Source: a virus
IMG/VR virus record: IMGVR_UViG_3300005882_000001
Location: 1-59,397 of that record
Reading direction: 5' to 3' (one strand)
DNA length: 59,397 nucleotides
Each line of letters opens with the position of its first letter. The stretch's first letter is position 1. The notes under the pieces are model-generated. The model had not been told where the DNA came from, did not search any database, and was given only the letters and a program-made list of their open reading frames with translations. The translations under genes were made by a program, and so were the position numbers. This document shows, piece after piece, positions 7,559 to 15,323 of the stretch.

Positions 7559-7864
7559 TTGCTAAACGCAGACATAAGAACCACAGCCAGGTGCCTTAAT
7601 CAAAAAGGCGTTTACGATTTCATACAAGTCATGGCATCTGAAATGGAAGTCTTTAAACCAAAAATAGACGACCAAATAAACCGTCAGGTAATACGGTTAC
7701 TCAACTATAAACAAATAACCATAAGAAACCTACCTGGAGCATCGTTAACTTCGTTATATCTCAGAAGTTCATTTGAAAAAACAAATGAAACACCAGAGTA
7801 TCTATTTAACTCAACAATCTATGACTTGATGTTTTTCTTTTTATTAAATGACGATTGCCCATGA
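7559..7864 (+). CDS. SPA family member, LMNDD subfamily (TTG start)
   Basis: The TTG start gives LNADIRTTARCL, which parallels MLNAGDINRV of the copy at 8368. Blocks INRQVIRLLNYKQITI and IYDLMFFFLLNDDCP. Confidence 0.75.
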   Translation: MLNADIRTTARCLNQKGVYDFIQVMASEMEVFKPKIDDQINRQVIRLLNYKQITIRNLPGASLTSLYLRSSFEKTNETPEYLFNSTIYDLMFFFLLNDDCP

Positions 7865-8112
7865 AACCTGCTGACATCCACATAATAAAAGAGATATTTA
7901 CCAATCGCTCAAAAATAGACATAAATCAGGGGGCGATAAATGAGATGCTTTATGACATTGTCTATATATTAAATCTAAAAAGCATCGAACTGGTAACAAG
8001 CAGGCTAACTTACGGTTACTGTTTCCGCCTGCAAAGAGATAAAAACAACTACTTTCTTTTTAATGATTTGGCCCAAGACCTATTTTTCTACTTCTTAATG
8101 GCGGATGACTAG
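7861..8112 (+). CDS. SPA family member, LMNDD subfamily
   Basis: ATGA overlap at 7861. Blocks ADIHIIKEIF, LYDIVYILNLKSIEL and AQDLFFYFLMADD. Confidence 0.85.
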   Translation: MKPADIHIIKEIFTNRSKIDINQGAINEMLYDIVYILNLKSIELVTSRLTYGYCFRLQRDKNNYFLFNDLAQDLFFYFLMADD

Positions 8113-8115
8113 CCA

Positions 8116-8364
8116 ATGGCATTCAACGACATAAAAATTTCAATAGAAGTATTAAGCCTCTATCAACGCGGATTCATATTACCGGTAGATGCACCCAAAG
8201 ACCTTGATTCAGATATCGTCGCCTTACTTGACCAAGAAATACTAAGAATATCCACCCATCCTACTAGCTGTGGCATAGCCATAACCACCAGGTATACAAT
8301 AGGCTATGTCTTTCAGATAATTGAAAACGACCTATATTGCTTATTTCTAATGATGGACGACTAA
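8116..8364 (+). CDS. SPA family member, LMNDD subfamily
   Basis: Blocks NDIKISIEVL, LDSDIVALLDQEILRI and ENDLYCLFLMMDD. Confidence 0.85.
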   Translation: MAFNDIKISIEVLSLYQRGFILPVDAPKDLDSDIVALLDQEILRISTHPTSCGIAITTRYTIGYVFQIIENDLYCLFLMMDD

Positions 8365-8367
8365 TAC

Positions 8368-8601
8368 ATGCTAAATGCAGGGGACATAAATCGAGTTGCA
8401 TTCCTCCTTCGCTATTCATTATTTTTTACTCCATTAAATATTAATGAAATACGGCGCATAGACCAAAGCCTAATTCGCTGGTTACGCCGCGAAAGACTAA
8501 TAGTTCCAAAAGACCACCACCGCCCTGTGCCAGATGGCATTATAGTAACCAAAACGCAGGTATTATGGCTTCAGTATGTCAACGAGCTAATCCATGAATA
8601 A
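8368..8601 (+). CDS. SPA family member (NELI-type C-terminus)
   Basis: Blocks GDINRVAFLL, IDQSLIRWLRRERLIV and LWLQYVNELIHE. Confidence 0.8.
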   Translation: MLNAGDINRVAFLLRYSLFFTPLNINEIRRIDQSLIRWLRRERLIVPKDHHRPVPDGIIVTKTQVLWLQYVNELIHE

Positions 8602-8849
8602 CACCGCTTATACCCAGGAAATAAGAGACGTACTACGGTTACTAAATAGCAAAAAACATGTCATCACCCACACTGAACGAAAATATCGACGAATGCTTAA
8701 TAAAAGCGCTCGACCATAAGCAGCTAACATTTAACCTTAACCGCCATTTTTGGTTTGCTTATACCCACAAACAGTCAGAAAGACCAACACCGGTATTTTT
8801 ATTTATCATCACAGCCTTAAGGTTTACCTATTATGCAAATGTTGATTAA
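8594..8849 (+). pseudogene. SPA family member split by a frameshift at an A6 run
   Basis: The ATG at 8594 gives MNNTAYTQEIRDVLRLLNSKK, which matches the family N-terminal block, up to the A6 run at 8651-8656. The family central block (NIDECLIKALDHKQLTF) and C-terminus then continue in the +1 frame, which is the track ORF 8658-8849. One A fewer in the run would restore a single ORF of about 84 aa. Confidence 0.6.
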
Positions 8850-9063
8850 AAGCATTAAAGTATTCGCAATTATACAAACCGTTCTATTTATGTTTGTTGG
8901 CCTAGGCTTCATCGCGAACGAAGTGGTCTTTAGCATTGACCCAGAAATACTGCCTTCAAAATCAGCATTCAACCTGTATTTCTTTTTAGGCATTATCAGT
9001 TACGGAGTGCTAACGGCAATTGCAACAACAATCCGGACCGTATATCGTTTCGCATTAAAGTAA
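8833..9063 (+). CDS. Two-TM membrane protein embedded in the array
   Basis: The hydrophobic segments are VFAIIQTVLFMFVGLGFIA and LYFFLGIISYGVLTAIATTI. Confidence 0.7.
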   Translation: MQMLIKSIKVFAIIQTVLFMFVGLGFIANEVVFSIDPEILPSKSAFNLYFFLGIISYGVLTAIATTIRTVYRFALK

Positions 9064-9075
9064 GAGCCTGGTTAA

Positions 9076-9324
9076 ATGAGACACGACACACAAATGACGG
9101 TGAGGGTACTGAGCCTAAAAAGAATCCCAGACTTCGACTATGCGAGCTACATGATACCAACCAAAAAACAAATTGATATAATCATAGTAAGAGCCCTAGA
9201 CTCTAATTCATTGGTAGTGGACTATAACCGACAGTTCGGGATAATTGTCAGCTTTAACGAACCATTATTTAGCTACCGAATAAATCACATCGCGTTCTTA
9301 TTCTATTTAAATGAATTAATATGA
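9076..9324 (+). CDS. SPA family member (NELI-type C-terminus)
   Basis: Blocks TQMTVRVLSL, IDIIIVRALDSNSLVV and IAFLFYLNELI. Confidence 0.8.
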   Translation: MRHDTQMTVRVLSLKRIPDFDYASYMIPTKKQIDIIIVRALDSNSLVVDYNRQFGIIVSFNEPLFSYRINHIAFLFYLNELI

Positions 9325-9488
9325 TAGACGTTCATCTAATGATTAGTGCTGACTTAATTGCGCGAAAAACAAGCCTAAAAAATGTCAACGAAGTATTGGC
9401 CATTCTCGCTTGGTTCGAAGACCAATCACATAGTTTCGCGCACCTTTTCCTAAAACACAGTTACTTATCCCATGCTAAAAATTTCTAG
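9321..9488 (+). CDS. Small hypothetical ORF (55 aa)
   Basis: ATGA overlap with the upstream stop. It fills an otherwise empty 150-bp gap and is below the track cut-off. Confidence 0.4.
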   Translation: MIDVHLMISADLIARKTSLKNVNEVLAILAWFEDQSHSFAHLFLKHSYLSHAKNF

Positions 9489-9723
9489 TACACCGTACAG
9501 CAGAGAAAACTCGACAATTATCGCTGCTACCATCCTGCACACATATAAAAAAGCCCCCCATCTCTATAATGGGAATACGATATTAAATCAGTGCAGACCT
9601 GAAAGAATAGATGAACTTCTTCGGTTTATAATACAAAGCGAAACTGCGTTTGATGCGTTTTGGTTATCTCAAAACTTAATGATTCAATTCATAACGCAGA
9701 CAGAAATCTATGATACCCAATGA
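9472..9723 (+). CDS. Hypothetical protein, possibly a very divergent SPA member
   Basis: 83 aa. RIDELLRFIIQSE loosely resembles the central block. Confidence 0.55.
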   Translation: MLKISSTPYSRENSTIIAATILHTYKKAPHLYNGNTILNQCRPERIDELLRFIIQSETAFDAFWLSQNLMIQFITQTEIYDTQ

Positions 9724-9949
9724 AATTCGCCTCGTTAATAAAATAATAGAAGGCCATGCGTTCTACAATTTACTTGGCCAAGACAAACGCGCATACGAAA
9801 AATTGACTATGAAAGAAATAGCGCTTGGCAAACCGAAAAGCGAATACCTAATTACAGCCAACGGCATGCTTTGCAAAAAACAAATAGTCTTCGCAGCCTT
9901 TTTCGCCGACCTTTATTTCTTATGGTATAAGTACGCAGAAGATTTGTAG
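9710..9949 (+). CDS. SPA family member (divergent)
   Basis: Blocks NEIRLVNKII and FAAFFADLYFLWYKYAEDL. Confidence 0.7.
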   Translation: MIPNEIRLVNKIIEGHAFYNLLGQDKRAYEKLTMKEIALGKPKSEYLITANGMLCKKQIVFAAFFADLYFLWYKYAEDL

Positions 9950-9956
9950 GTACACC

Positions 9957-10247
9957 ATGTCAGACCAACTAAAATTACCCCGCTATGACGTGCTTTGGGC
10001 GAGCATAGTACTTGACGATAAAAATCTGTTAGATGACCTAGAAAAAATACAGGAATACACAGAAATAAAACTAAACCGAATAAGACAGCTACTCTTAGAA
10101 GGGTGTTTTTTAAGGTTATCAAAATACAACGGTCTTTATCTAAAGAAAGGTAACCGAATACGCGAACTACACCAATGGGCGGTAGACCTGTTTGTTGTCT
10201 TTATTTATGAAGAAAAAAATATACCATGGCGATGCAAACTCCGATAA
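9957..10247 (+). CDS. SPA family member, YD[VI]LWA pair
   Basis: Blocks LPRYDVLWASIVLDD and AVDLFVVFIYEE, followed by a short extension that overlaps the next start. Confidence 0.75.
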   Translation: MSDQLKLPRYDVLWASIVLDDKNLLDDLEKIQEYTEIKLNRIRQLLLEGCFLRLSKYNGLYLKKGNRIRELHQWAVDLFVVFIYEEKNIPWRCKLR

Positions 10248-10459
10248 CTACACCCGAACTTAAGTATGACATCCTCTGGGCAGATATAATCCTCGAATTG
10301 CCATTCTTAAACATCACACCACGGTTTCGTCATGCGGTTAACATTTCAGTAAAACCACTAAAAAGACCGGTGTACATAACCAAAGCAGGTATTACAGGTT
10401 TTAAAACCAGCGACTATTTAATCGACTTATTAGTTCTTTGGAAAATCAAAAATGACTAA
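10226..10459 (+). CDS. SPA family member, YD[VI]LWA pair
   Basis: Blocks ELKYDILWADIILE and LIDLLVLWKIKND. Confidence 0.75.
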   Translation: MAMQTPITTPELKYDILWADIILELPFLNITPRFRHAVNISVKPLKRPVYITKAGITGFKTSDYLIDLLVLWKIKND

Positions 10460-10679
10460 ACCAGACATAAAAATGGCGGCGGTTACATTATCCAGTGAAC
10501 ACGCCGGCTACTGCCTAGAAAATTCAACCATGGTCAAAGCCCAAAGATATGCGGCAAAATCCCTACCAGACAACCATGATATAAATTTCGAGGAGAATGA
10601 CTTAACCGACGCACGGATTATCGTTTTTGGAAACATTATCCTTGATTTAGCTTTCGTGTTCTATCTCAATGAAGAATGA
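10452..10679 (+). CDS. SPA family member
   Basis: Blocks PDIKMAAVTLS and NIILDLAFVFYLNEE. Confidence 0.8.
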   Translation: MTKPDIKMAAVTLSSEHAGYCLENSTMVKAQRYAAKSLPDNHDINFEENDLTDARIIVFGNIILDLAFVFYLNEE

Positions 10680-10884
10680 TATCTTTCACGCGGCCAAGGT
10701 AGCTTCATTAATAAGCGTATCTAGAATACATATTAACGTGTGCCACAGTGAGATAATAGCAAAAAACATCCTGCTCGATGACGTTATGTTTACCAAAAAC
10801 GCTGTTGTACTGAAAAACAACATAATGCCGATATTCTTTTCCCCTGTATCTGATGTTATCTTTGCAGGTATGCACTATGCATGA
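10669..10884 (+). CDS. SPA family member (divergent C-terminus)
   Basis: Blocks NDIFHAAKVAS and VSDVIFAGMHYA. Confidence 0.65.
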   Translation: MKNDIFHAAKVASLISVSRIHINVCHSEIIAKNILLDDVMFTKNAVVLKNNIMPIFFSPVSDVIFAGMHYA

Positions 10885-11119
10885 TATCTCCTACGCATGC
10901 CAAATGATAATGCACGAGGAAACAGGATTGATATGCCGCCGCTGGTGCAAATACCATGTCCGTATAGTTAAAAAAAGAATTGAGCAACACAAATTAACCT
11001 GGTCCAATGTTGTAATGGGTAGACACGGAATACATGATGAAAAACAAGCTTCTTTCATAAACCAGCTATCCTATACGGACCTAAATATGCTTTGGGAATT
11101 GTACAATGCTACCGATTAG
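10877..11119 (+). CDS. SPA family member
   Basis: The ATG at 10877 overlaps the upstream stop by 8 nt. Blocks HDISYACQMIM and YTDLNMLWELYNATD. Confidence 0.7.
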   Translation: MHDISYACQMIMHEETGLICRRWCKYHVRIVKKRIEQHKLTWSNVVMGRHGIHDEKQASFINQLSYTDLNMLWELYNATD

Positions 11120-11351
11120 GCAAGGTCTTGAAGAACTATCGTTTATGCTGGGGTATTACCACCAAAGCCTAATTTTCCCAACACCAGATTCAATAAGCCA
11201 ACTAAAACTATCACAACGACTATCCCCACACAGACTATGGGTTATTCAAAAAGATTTAGTCGAAGGATTGTTAAATGACTGTCCATCACCAAGGGAAATG
11301 TGGGAATATAGGACCATGTTACATATATGGTGTTGGTACGCAGATGGCTAG
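11106..11351 (+). CDS. SPA family member (divergent)
   Basis: Blocks LEELSFMLGY and RTMLHIWCWYADG. Confidence 0.6.
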   Translation: MLPIRQGLEELSFMLGYYHQSLIFPTPDSISQLKLSQRLSPHRLWVIQKDLVEGLLNDCPSPREMWEYRTMLHIWCWYADG

Positions 11352-11532
11352 TATCCCAAAAATAACGTTACGGATTATATGCGCGATTCTTAGTGCAGAC
11401 ACGCTATACGTATTTGGAAAACCATTACGGTTTTTTATCGTAAAAAAAGGGAAACAGTACATCTACCCCGTCTTTTCGTCACTAGGCAACGAATTATATG
11501 CAGAATTTGTTAGACAAGACCGAAGCAGCTGA
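11344..11532 (+). CDS. SPA family member (short, divergent)
   Basis: The ATG at 11344 overlaps the upstream stop. Blocks ITLRIICAIL and GNELYAEFVRQD. Confidence 0.6.
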   Translation: MASIPKITLRIICAILSADTLYVFGKPLRFFIVKKGKQYIYPVFSSLGNELYAEFVRQDRSS

Positions 11533-11533
11533 T

Positions 11534-11746
11534 ATGCAAATAATGCTGTTATTCAAACAACATGTTGATTGCGAAGATTTTTTCAGCGAAAACAACCCCG
11601 GTATATTCCATAAGCAAGTCTTGCAAAAAGAGGAAAGCGTAGAAGTGGAACACATCATACGCACAAAGAGTAAAATGAAAAAAGACCTGGAACTATATTT
11701 ATTAACCCATACATTCTTTTTGCATGACCAAGGACTAATGAAATGA
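11534..11746 (+). CDS. SPA-related subfamily FFLQEQGL
   Basis: Blocks CEDFFSENNPGIF and THTFFLHDQGLMK. The AAGGA RBS of the next gene lies inside the QGL codons. Confidence 0.75.
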   Translation: MQIMLLFKQHVDCEDFFSENNPGIFHKQVLQKEESVEVEHIIRTKSKMKKDLELYLLTHTFFLHDQGLMK

Positions 11747-12006
11747 GCCAGCTACCACGCGAGCTTAGTGGACAAATTTATGCCATGTTCTCAGGGCTTG
11801 TAAATGTACATGGGTTTTTTAATAACGAAAACCCAAGAGTATATGCCGAGAAAGAGATTCTTGCGGATATCATCTCAGAAACATGTATTCTCTTATCAAA
11901 AAATGGACCTAAGCTGCACCATAAAAACATCACCGGCGGATTCTTCGTATTAAGAAGCCTTGTATACCACACATTCTTTCTGCAAGAACAAGGGTTAATA
12001 AAATGA
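11743..12006 (+). CDS. SPA-related subfamily FFLQEQGL
   Basis: ATGA overlap. Blocks VHGFFNNENPRVY and YHTFFLQEQGLIK. Confidence 0.8.
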   Translation: MSQLPRELSGQIYAMFSGLVNVHGFFNNENPRVYAEKEILADIISETCILLSKNGPKLHHKNITGGFFVLRSLVYHTFFLQEQGLIK

Positions 12007-12245
12007 CAAGCCTAGATAACCAAATCTATGCTGTATTTAGTGACCGCATGAAAACAGAAGATTTTTTTGATATTGACTTACCAAATACGCTATACACCAG
12101 AAAAAGGCTACAAAAAATATCACTCGACGAGATTCATTTTATTTTTACGCTAAGCAAACACATGCCTGGTGATTTTATATATGGCCTAAAAGAGCTAACT
12201 ATATACAACACGTTTCTTTTGCAAGAACAAGGACTTATGCTATGA
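12003..12245 (+). CDS. SPA-related subfamily FFLQEQGL
   Basis: ATGA overlap. Blocks TEDFFDIDLPNTLY and IYNTFLLQEQGLML. Confidence 0.8.
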   Translation: MTSLDNQIYAVFSDRMKTEDFFDIDLPNTLYTRKRLQKISLDEIHFIFTLSKHMPGDFIYGLKELTIYNTFLLQEQGLML

Positions 12246-12520
12246 AAAAATTCATCATTTCACTTGTTATAGTTTTTGCTTTGCTAATTATACCAACTAC
12301 ATTAACCCAAGAAACCTATTCGCTAATATGCAAAGATTCAGTAACCTATCAGCAAACGTTCAAAGCAGAGAACCTAGAAGCTGAGCCAAAGCAAATTGAC
12401 AAAAACAGTTACCGCTGGACCATGAACAAAGTACTTACTGGAACCTATAACTTGGACGAGTCAGAATACTGTGTTATAAACAAGCACAGGATTCCACGAG
12501 ATATACCACCATGGCGATAA
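12242..12520 (+). CDS. Secreted or membrane-anchored small protein
   Basis: The N-terminal signal-like segment is MKKFIISLVIVFALLIIPTTLT. ATGA overlap. Confidence 0.7.
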   Translation: MKKFIISLVIVFALLIIPTTLTQETYSLICKDSVTYQQTFKAENLEAEPKQIDKNSYRWTMNKVLTGTYNLDESEYCVINKHRIPRDIPPWR

Positions 12521-12663
12521 AAACAGAACAAACCAAAGACAACCGTATCCTAATTGTAATTCCACGAGATACTCCACCTCATGAAAAGCACAAAGCGTAC
12601 AACGAAATCCGTCGGCAAAACCCGAAAGCGAAAGCAGTGGACTTCAAGTACAGTGACGAGTGA
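12511..12663 (+). CDS. Possible 50-aa ORF
   Basis: The ATG overlaps the upstream stop. It contains IPRDTPP, which echoes IPRDIPP at the end of the upstream protein. It competes with the 12581 ORF for the same DNA. Confidence 0.3.
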   Translation: MAIKTEQTKDNRILIVIPRDTPPHEKHKAYNEIRRQNPKAKAVDFKYSDE

Positions 12664-12853
12664 CCTTTGGCATTTGTCCATCCGCACTAGGCAAGCCCTA
12701 TTCCGCAGTGGTATATTCACCGTAGCCCAAGTCAAAGGGCACCGTAATATACGTGCAGTACCGGGAATAGGGGAAAAGCTTTATGCTGAAATTGAAGAAA
12801 AAATATTTGCCCGAGGATATACTTCGCGCGGCAATCATCCTAGGAACCGGTAA
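12581..12853 (+). CDS. Small protein with an RNA polymerase alpha C-terminal-domain-like helix-hairpin-helix
   Basis: LSIRTRQALFRSGIFTVAQVKGHRNIRAVPGIGEKLYAEIEEKI follows the alpha-CTD pattern LSvRs.N.L...gI.tv.dL......l..v.n.G.KSl.EI. The N-terminus is basic. The start is uncertain. Confidence 0.55.
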   Translation: MKSTKRTTKSVGKTRKRKQWTSSTVTSDLWHLSIRTRQALFRSGIFTVAQVKGHRNIRAVPGIGEKLYAEIEEKIFARGYTSRGNHPRNR

Positions 12854-12865
12854 GACCCCGTACAT

Positions 12866-13237
12866 ATGGCTAAACACAAACCAAACCAACCACCACCGGC
12901 TCAAAGTGGTGAGCCTGTACAATCTGTACAAAGCCCATGTGCCCAAGCATTGTTAATTCTAGCAGCGCAAAGAGAGCTACCTAGAGTAAAACAATATTTC
13001 CGTAGTTTAATTAAACGCCATCCATCAATGTTCTGGTGGGGAGTAAACAATCTCCTAGAACCGGACGGGCTTTTATTTGAGCGTTATAGAATCGCATCAA
13101 TAACAAGTCACCCGGTTAGAACACGATACATGAGACTTCATCATTCGTGGGACGCAGAATTTATGTTTGAAAAACTGTGGATGGTTTATGAGCTTCAGAG
13201 TAGAAACCTTAAAAATAAGCCCGTTGTTAGTCCTTGA
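12866..13237 (+). CDS. Hypothetical protein
   Basis: 123-aa ORF with its ATG 13 nt after the upstream stop. Confidence 0.65.
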   Translation: MAKHKPNQPPPAQSGEPVQSVQSPCAQALLILAAQRELPRVKQYFRSLIKRHPSMFWWGVNNLLEPDGLLFERYRIASITSHPVRTRYMRLHHSWDAEFMFEKLWMVYELQSRNLKNKPVVSP

Positions 13238-13460
13238 TTTTGATTGTGCAACCCAAAAACGCGCCATTCGGTTATCACACCAACCGCAACAACTCAAAAA
13301 AATCATGGGCATCAACAAAAAGTCCAATTTGTACCAGGACGACATAACAATAGCGGCATATCTTATAGGATTAAAAAATATATTTGAATTTCCGCGATAT
13401 GTTTATATGAACCCAGCGGCGATATTACTAGCTTTATTTCTATTACATAATGAAATTTAA
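13188..13460 (+). CDS. Hypothetical protein, possible outlying SPA-like member
   Basis: The C-terminus AAILLALFLLHNEI resembles the ...FLFYLNELI tails. The start is ambiguous: ATG at 13188 or 13305, and the track start at 13167 is TTG. Confidence 0.45.
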   Translation: MSFRVETLKISPLLVLDFDCATQKRAIRLSHQPQQLKKIMGINKKSNLYQDDITIAAYLIGLKNIFEFPRYVYMNPAAILLALFLLHNEI

Positions 13461-13968
13461 CCCAAACAACTTAGCACCAAAAAAGTGTCTGCAACAAACC
13501 ATGTCTTTTATCAGACGTTGCGGCTATTACGACCCGGCACGCTATTATTCATGGATGTATTTAAAGATTTTAATGTTTTTTAAATATGGACCTATAACGT
13601 TCAGTAAACCTGATATAAACCAACTGGAGAGCACCACCATGCCTATCACTCGCATTGAATCAAACCCGGCTAACATTAAAGCACTACGCAATCAAATCGC
13701 AGCGGCTAAACTGTTAGGTGAAACCACCACACAAGTAGAAGACGAACAGCTAAAAGGCAAGATTATTCTTGATGACTATTGGTTGTTTGTTATCCGTGAT
13801 TACCTACGTGAAGAAGGTATTGATAACATCGTACTTCCCGAAGAAGCCGCGTTCTTTGTCACAGCAACAGCACAAAATGTGCCTATTGCTGTATACGCCG
13901 CCGCTAGTTTCAAAACCGTGCTTGCTGTAGATAATCTTGACCGTATCTTGGCTGAGCGCAAAAAGTAA
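13450..13968 (+). CDS. Hypothetical protein
   Basis: 172-aa ORF. The in-frame ATG at 13639, preceded by GGAGAG, is an alternative start. Confidence 0.6.
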   Translation: MKFNPNNLAPKKCLQQTMSFIRRCGYYDPARYYSWMYLKILMFFKYGPITFSKPDINQLESTTMPITRIESNPANIKALRNQIAAAKLLGETTTQVEDEQLKGKIILDDYWLFVIRDYLREEGIDNIVLPEEAAFFVTATAQNVPIAVYAAASFKTVLAVDNLDRILAERKK

Positions 13969-13983
13969 AACCCGGAGTCCACA

Positions 13984-14751
13984 ATGACCACATTACATCT
14001 GATTTCAGGCCTCTTACTAGGGGCGATAACCGTTTTCTTTTTTGCTACGACCTGGTCTAGTATCAAAAGACGTGTGACAAACAAGCATTACACCAAAAAA
14101 TACTTGGAAGCCAAACTTGGCGAGGATAAAGAAGAAGTACAAAAACTGCACATCGCAAATCGCCTAGCCATGAAAACTTTCAAGTTTTACAATTCACTAA
14201 GCCATTCGTTTTATGGCATATTGCTTTTAGCCTGTACTTTTGGTGTATTGCCCTATCTGTTTATTACATCGGCTACAAATACCGCATTGGCTTTACAGAT
14301 TGCCTTAACAAGCATTGTCTTTAATGCTGCATTGCTAGTAGGAACAGGCCGGAATTTATCGCTAACCCCCATGTCACAAGTATTTGCCATTCATAAAAAC
14401 AGGCTAACTACTTTAGATGGCATGACAGAAGGGCAGCTAAAACACGACCTTGAAATCATTGAGAAAGTTTATAACCTCAACGAAAAAGAAAGCGCTGTTT
14501 TGGCCGCCCCGGTAATGCAATCAGATATCTTCGACAAAGAAGCCATTCGAGAAATGGTCGCCCGTCGTGCTAGTGATTACATGGACCATGTAAGCGAAAA
14601 AAGCGGTGGTTCACCACACAAAGACGACGTTGAAGTATTAAGCATGTCACTCGAAGAAGCCCTTAATTCTGATTTACCAGAAAGAATCAAAGAGCAAATT
14701 CGAAACCGTGTTGCTGAAGAAGAAGCAAAAGAAACTAAAAAGGTCCACTAG
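13984..14751 (+). CDS. Multi-pass membrane protein
   Basis: There are several hydrophobic helices (LISGLLLGAITVFFFATTW, FYGILLLACTFGVLPYLFI, LQIALTSIVFNAALLVG) and an acidic C-terminal tail. Confidence 0.75.
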   Translation: MTTLHLISGLLLGAITVFFFATTWSSIKRRVTNKHYTKKYLEAKLGEDKEEVQKLHIANRLAMKTFKFYNSLSHSFYGILLLACTFGVLPYLFITSATNTALALQIALTSIVFNAALLVGTGRNLSLTPMSQVFAIHKNRLTTLDGMTEGQLKHDLEIIEKVYNLNEKESAVLAAPVMQSDIFDKEAIREMVARRASDYMDHVSEKSGGSPHKDDVEVLSMSLEEALNSDLPERIKEQIRNRVAEEEAKETKKVH

Positions 14752-14753
14752 CC

Positions 14754-15035
14754 ATGGCATTTTTAATTCGCAAATTACTGTTTGGGCTGATTTATGCCCT
14801 AGGAGTGGATGTGATTAACAACCCCCACAAATACAAAAAACCAGCGCAAAAAACAGCAGGAGTTATAAAACAAGCCGGTATCAAAGTAACCGTCGTTGCC
14901 GTGATATTAGCGATAATTGCTCTTTTTGCACAATTGTTTTTTGTAGCAGTAATTATCGTTGCCGGTGCCACCATCATCGGCGCTATTCTAAGATGGAAGG
15001 AGAAACGCAATGGACGACCAATCACCAAAGACTGA
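14754..15035 (+). CDS. Membrane protein
   Basis: VTVVAVILAIIALFAQLFFVAVIIVAGATIIGAIL forms a long hydrophobic hairpin. Confidence 0.7.
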   Translation: MAFLIRKLLFGLIYALGVDVINNPHKYKKPAQKTAGVIKQAGIKVTVVAVILAIIALFAQLFFVAVIIVAGATIIGAILRWKEKRNGRPITKD

Positions 15036-15321
15036 TGGTCATGAAAAGCCACTATTTAAACAAGCCGATAACAAAACATTTGATTCAAAAGACAAATGGC
15101 AAGCGGCCTGCGGCTTTTTCCTAGGGCCAGAAAACATTGAATTCATTGATATGGATAAAATGCACACAGCCTGCTTCTTACGGGAGCTTGACCCCAACGA
15201 AGCCGTTTCTCCACAATATCGAAAACTGAAACAGGTTTTTGATACAGACACCCCTATTGGTATCTTTCGTAATGATACCAACCGCGGGCGTATTAACCTA
15301 AACAAGTTAGAAGGACTCTAA
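15010..15321 (+). CDS. Hypothetical protein
   Basis: 103-aa ORF that overlaps the upstream gene end. Confidence 0.6.
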   Translation: MDDQSPKTDGHEKPLFKQADNKTFDSKDKWQAACGFFLGPENIEFIDMDKMHTACFLRELDPNEAVSPQYRKLKQVFDTDTPIGIFRNDTNRGRINLNKLEGL

Positions 15322-15323
15322 TT

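Noticed and set aside
3960-12245. The regular periodic structure of the paralog array as a CRISPR or other non-coding repeat array
   Set aside because: The units are about 210-300 bp and each is a complete ORF with family-specific protein motifs. There are no short identical direct repeats separated by unique spacers.
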